In this document: positions 13,690-15,725 of the stretch, piece after piece | How the letters are laid out: each line of letters opens with the position of its first letter | How positions within the stretch are numbered: the stretch's first letter is position 1 | Origin: a virus | Lineage: Duplodnaviria > Heunggongvirae > Uroviricota > Caudoviricetes | Virus record (IMG/VR): IMGVR_UViG_3300028789_000005 | Reading direction: 5' to 3' (one strand) | Length of the DNA: 15,725 nucleotides | Notes under the pieces: generated by a model | Seen by the model: the letters and a program-made list of their open reading frames with translations, nothing else | Told to the model about the DNA's origin: nothing | Database searches by the model: none | Position numbers and translations under genes: made by a program

Positions 13690-13985
13690 TAAGCTCTTCC
13701 CGTTCCTGCTGCGATGGCAGCTACGTATTCGGCCGGCAGCCAGATATATGTGAATTCTGTCTGCGCTTCCAGCGGACTGTCCTTCATCTTAGCGAGGCGT
13801 CCGTGCGCCAGCTTCAGTGTAAGCTGGCCCTCGACCGGGCCACCGCAATCGCGTAGACGAGCTAGGAGCAGTTGATTGTACTGGTCTGGGTTGGTCTTAC
13901 ATGCGTACAATGCCTGGATGTCGTCGGTGGATATGCTGAACGAAATGGGCTTCGGCGCTTTGAGGATCTCTTGCTCGAGGGTCAC
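13689..13985 (-). CDS. 98-aa hypothetical protein
   Basis: GAGGA RBS; GTGA overlap. Confidence 0.7.
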   Translation of the reverse strand: MTLEQEILKAPKPISFSISTDDIQALYACKTNPDQYNQLLLARLRDCGGPVEGQLTLKLAHGRLAKMKDSPLEAQTEFTYIWLPAEYVAAIAAGTGRA

Positions 13986-14203
13986 CGCGCATTCCTCAGC
14001 TTGTCGTAGAACTTCACGGCATCGTTGTATGGCGCGAATTCAGCGCGTCGCGCTTCGTCGTAAAACCGTTGCGTCTTGTAGTTGCGCCTCGCGATCCAGT
14101 AACCATTGTACGCTTCCTTCCAGCTTGGCCAATGTAACTTCGGCATGGTCGGAATTGAGCCATCCACACACACTTCGAACAGTAACATCCCTAGAAACTT
14201 CAC
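13982..14203 (-). CDS. 73-aa hypothetical protein
   Basis: GTGA overlap with upstream gene. Confidence 0.65.
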   Translation of the reverse strand: MKFLGMLLFEVCVDGSIPTMPKLHWPSWKEAYNGYWIARRNYKTQRFYDEARRAEFAPYNDAVKFYDKLRNAR

Positions 14204-14376
14204 TTCTTCACGACCTTCCTTATCGACAATGCACAGTTACAATCCCCGCCGCAGGCGGCGCGCGCCAGTACTTCGCGGCGACGCATCTCCTTGGTCAGCT
14301 TGATACCTGCCATGCCGTAGACAATGAGTTCACGCAGCGCGTTAGCGTGTTCTCTGCGGACTTCGTCCTTGCTCAT
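14200..14376 (-). CDS. 58-aa hypothetical protein (MSKDEVRREH...CGGDCNC)
   Basis: ATGA overlap; the track's longer version overlaps the 59-aa ORF. Confidence 0.6.
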   Translation of the reverse strand: MSKDEVRREHANALRELIVYGMAGIKLTKEMRRREVLARAACGGDCNCALSIRKVVKK

Positions 14377-14552
14377 AGTTCCGCTTCTCCGACGTAAACC
14401 GCGAAGGTCTGCGACACGCCGTTCACGCTTACGTCGATCGACGACACGAAAGGCATCGCGCCGCAAACATCCTCAGCGAACCGCTGCAAATCAGACAGTA
14501 GTCTAGACGTATCACATTCCATCTTCACTACGTACTCGTCAAGTGCTGGCAT
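14373..14552 (-). CDS. 59-aa hypothetical protein (MPALDEYVVKMECDTSRLL...)
   Basis: GAGG RBS inside the HNH 3' end; coupled to next gene; manual translation. Confidence 0.65.
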   Translation of the reverse strand: MPALDEYVVKMECDTSRLLSDLQRFAEDVCGAMPFVSSIDVSVNGVSQTFAVYVGEAEL

Positions 14553-14859
14553 CTTTGTACCTCTCGAACCAAAAGATCACTGGCTGTCCCAGTGGGAGCC
14601 ACTTCAGCGATGCTCGCCATGTTTCAATGTCCAAAGAACTTTTCGAATCGTTGCACTCTTTGCAGGCAGGAACGATGTTGTCCAGCGTGTGATTCTCAGG
14701 GTACTTGCACCCATGACGTCCGGAAAACGACCAGCGCACGTTACGGAAGCGCACAATCGGCTTGACGTGTTCGCGGCACCAATTACGCTTTAGCGGTTGG
14801 CCACAGTACGCGCACCTATTACCAAATTTGGCAGCTATCTTCTTCCTAGATACGATCAT
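14539..14859 (-). CDS. HNH endonuclease with Zn-binding CxxC pairs, 106 aa
   Basis: RCAYCG...EHVKP...DNIVPACKECNDSK; ATGA overlap with the terminase stop. Confidence 0.9.
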   Translation of the reverse strand: MIVSRKKIAAKFGNRCAYCGQPLKRNWCREHVKPIVRFRNVRWSFSGRHGCKYPENHTLDNIVPACKECNDSKSSLDIETWRASLKWLPLGQPVIFWFERYKDAST

Positions 14860-15725
14860 CCTAACGAGATTCGCCAGTTGGGGATCTTACCGTGCACACC
14901 GTAACGCAACGCGTCCAGATCGTCATCCTCAATCTTCAGTGGCTGCTCGATGCCACGTTTAGCAGCGTTAGAATCCCATGCGTAATTGGGAATTCGCTTC
15001 ACGAGCTCCGGGCAACCATTCTTACTAATCATCAGCTTCCGGCGCTGCAGCAGCGTAGACACTGTATGGATGCCTTCCTTGACGGAGTTGTCGGCGTCCG
15101 TGACCCAGAAGCCACGTTGTATGAGCTCCTGCTTGAACGACGCCGCTTCGGGCGGTACAATCACCTGGAACTTATCGGCTCCGATTGCGACTAGATCGTC
15201 GGCGTATTGGCCGTCGGTCTTCATGCGCATTTCTTTGCGGCTGTCCCAACGCTGCTCGCGCACACACCATATAACGTCGCCGTCGTCGTAGAACTCTAAG
15301 TGCGACTGGACGTGATCCACGCCAGGATCGACAGCGAACCAATGGTCGACAAACCCACCCGCGTTGCGCAGAGCGATGGGCTCCGGTGGAAGCACCGTAA
15401 CCACTCCGTCCTTAGTCAACACGCCGTCGAATAGGTTAGCCGTCTCGTCGTAGCTGTCCCGATAGATGCTGCCTTCAGCAACTACCCACTGCGCAAGTAT
15501 GTAGCGTTGGTAGTAGACGCCGGTCTGCGAAGCGATGATGGCCAGCTTTGACTTCTCATCGATGTTGGGGTTATCGGCCAGTCCGAAGTTGATGATCTCC
15601 AGGTCGTCCTTGAACGCCGGAGAGTCGATGACCTCAGCCTTTAAATAGCAATAGGGATTCGACGTGTTGGTGGAGGCGTAGAAGCGCGCTCCAGCCGGGG
15701 ACATACGAAGGAACAGCTGCGCGAG
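14856..15725 (-). CDS. terL: Terminase large subunit, C-terminal 289 aa (start beyond right edge)
   Basis: Frame open to window edge; ATPase coupling motif ASTN; nuclease AVDPG, DADNSVKEGI, YAWD, DDDLDALRY. Confidence 0.92.
   Translation of the reverse strand, partial: LAQLFLRMSPAGARFYASTNTSNPYCYLKAEVIDSPAFKDDLEIINFGLADNPNIDEKSKLAIIASQTGVYYQRYILAQWVVAEGSIYRDSYDETANLFDGVLTKDGVVTVLPPEPIALRNAGGFVDHWFAVDPGVDHVQSHLEFYDDGDVIWCVREQRWDSRKEMRMKTDGQYADDLVAIGADKFQVIVPPEAASFKQELIQRGFWVTDADNSVKEGIHTVSTLLQRRKLMISKNGCPELVKRIPNYAWDSNAAKRGIEQPLKIEDDDLDALRYGVHGKIPNWRISLG

Noticed and set aside
10-15291. Many plus-strand ORFs in the track (e.g. 556-990, 7475-8005, 8002-8640, 12792-13346)
   Set aside because: They are antisense shadows of well-supported high-GC minus-strand genes, with no motifs and no convincing RBS.
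1-15725. Stop-codon recoding
   Set aside because: TAA, TAG and TGA all end well-formed genes and long genes read through in code 11; the tRNA anticodon is UUG, not a suppressor.

Overview
The window is a fragment of a high-GC tailed-phage or prophage genome covering the packaging and head region. All credible genes are on the minus strand, many joined by ATGA/GTGA/TGATG overlaps. In transcription order (right to left): C-terminal part of the terminase large subunit; HNH endonuclease; small ORFs; a coiled-coil protein and a beta-rich protein that share a C-terminal motif; a terminator-flanked GIY-YIG endonuclease; a 294-aa modular protein; MuF head-morphogenesis protein; a DUF1073-type portal with a long C-terminal tail ending in a pyrophosphatase-like domain; DUF6527-like protein; C39-like cysteine peptidase; small membrane and Zn-binding proteins; HTH-metallophosphoesterase; SprT-like metalloprotease; small beta-rich protein; tRNA-Gln(UUG); and a >=599-aa ORF running off the left edge that the ORF track misses. 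The main signal is a [KR]-A-x-D motif, often followed by [VIA]-x(1-2)-P-V. It separates 35-60-aa micro-domains in the >=599-aa ORF, the 294-aa ORF, the portal tail and the peptidase tail. I infer that these are polyproteins cut after Asp into small capsid-loaded cargo proteins. All domain calls come from reading motifs by eye; no database search was run.
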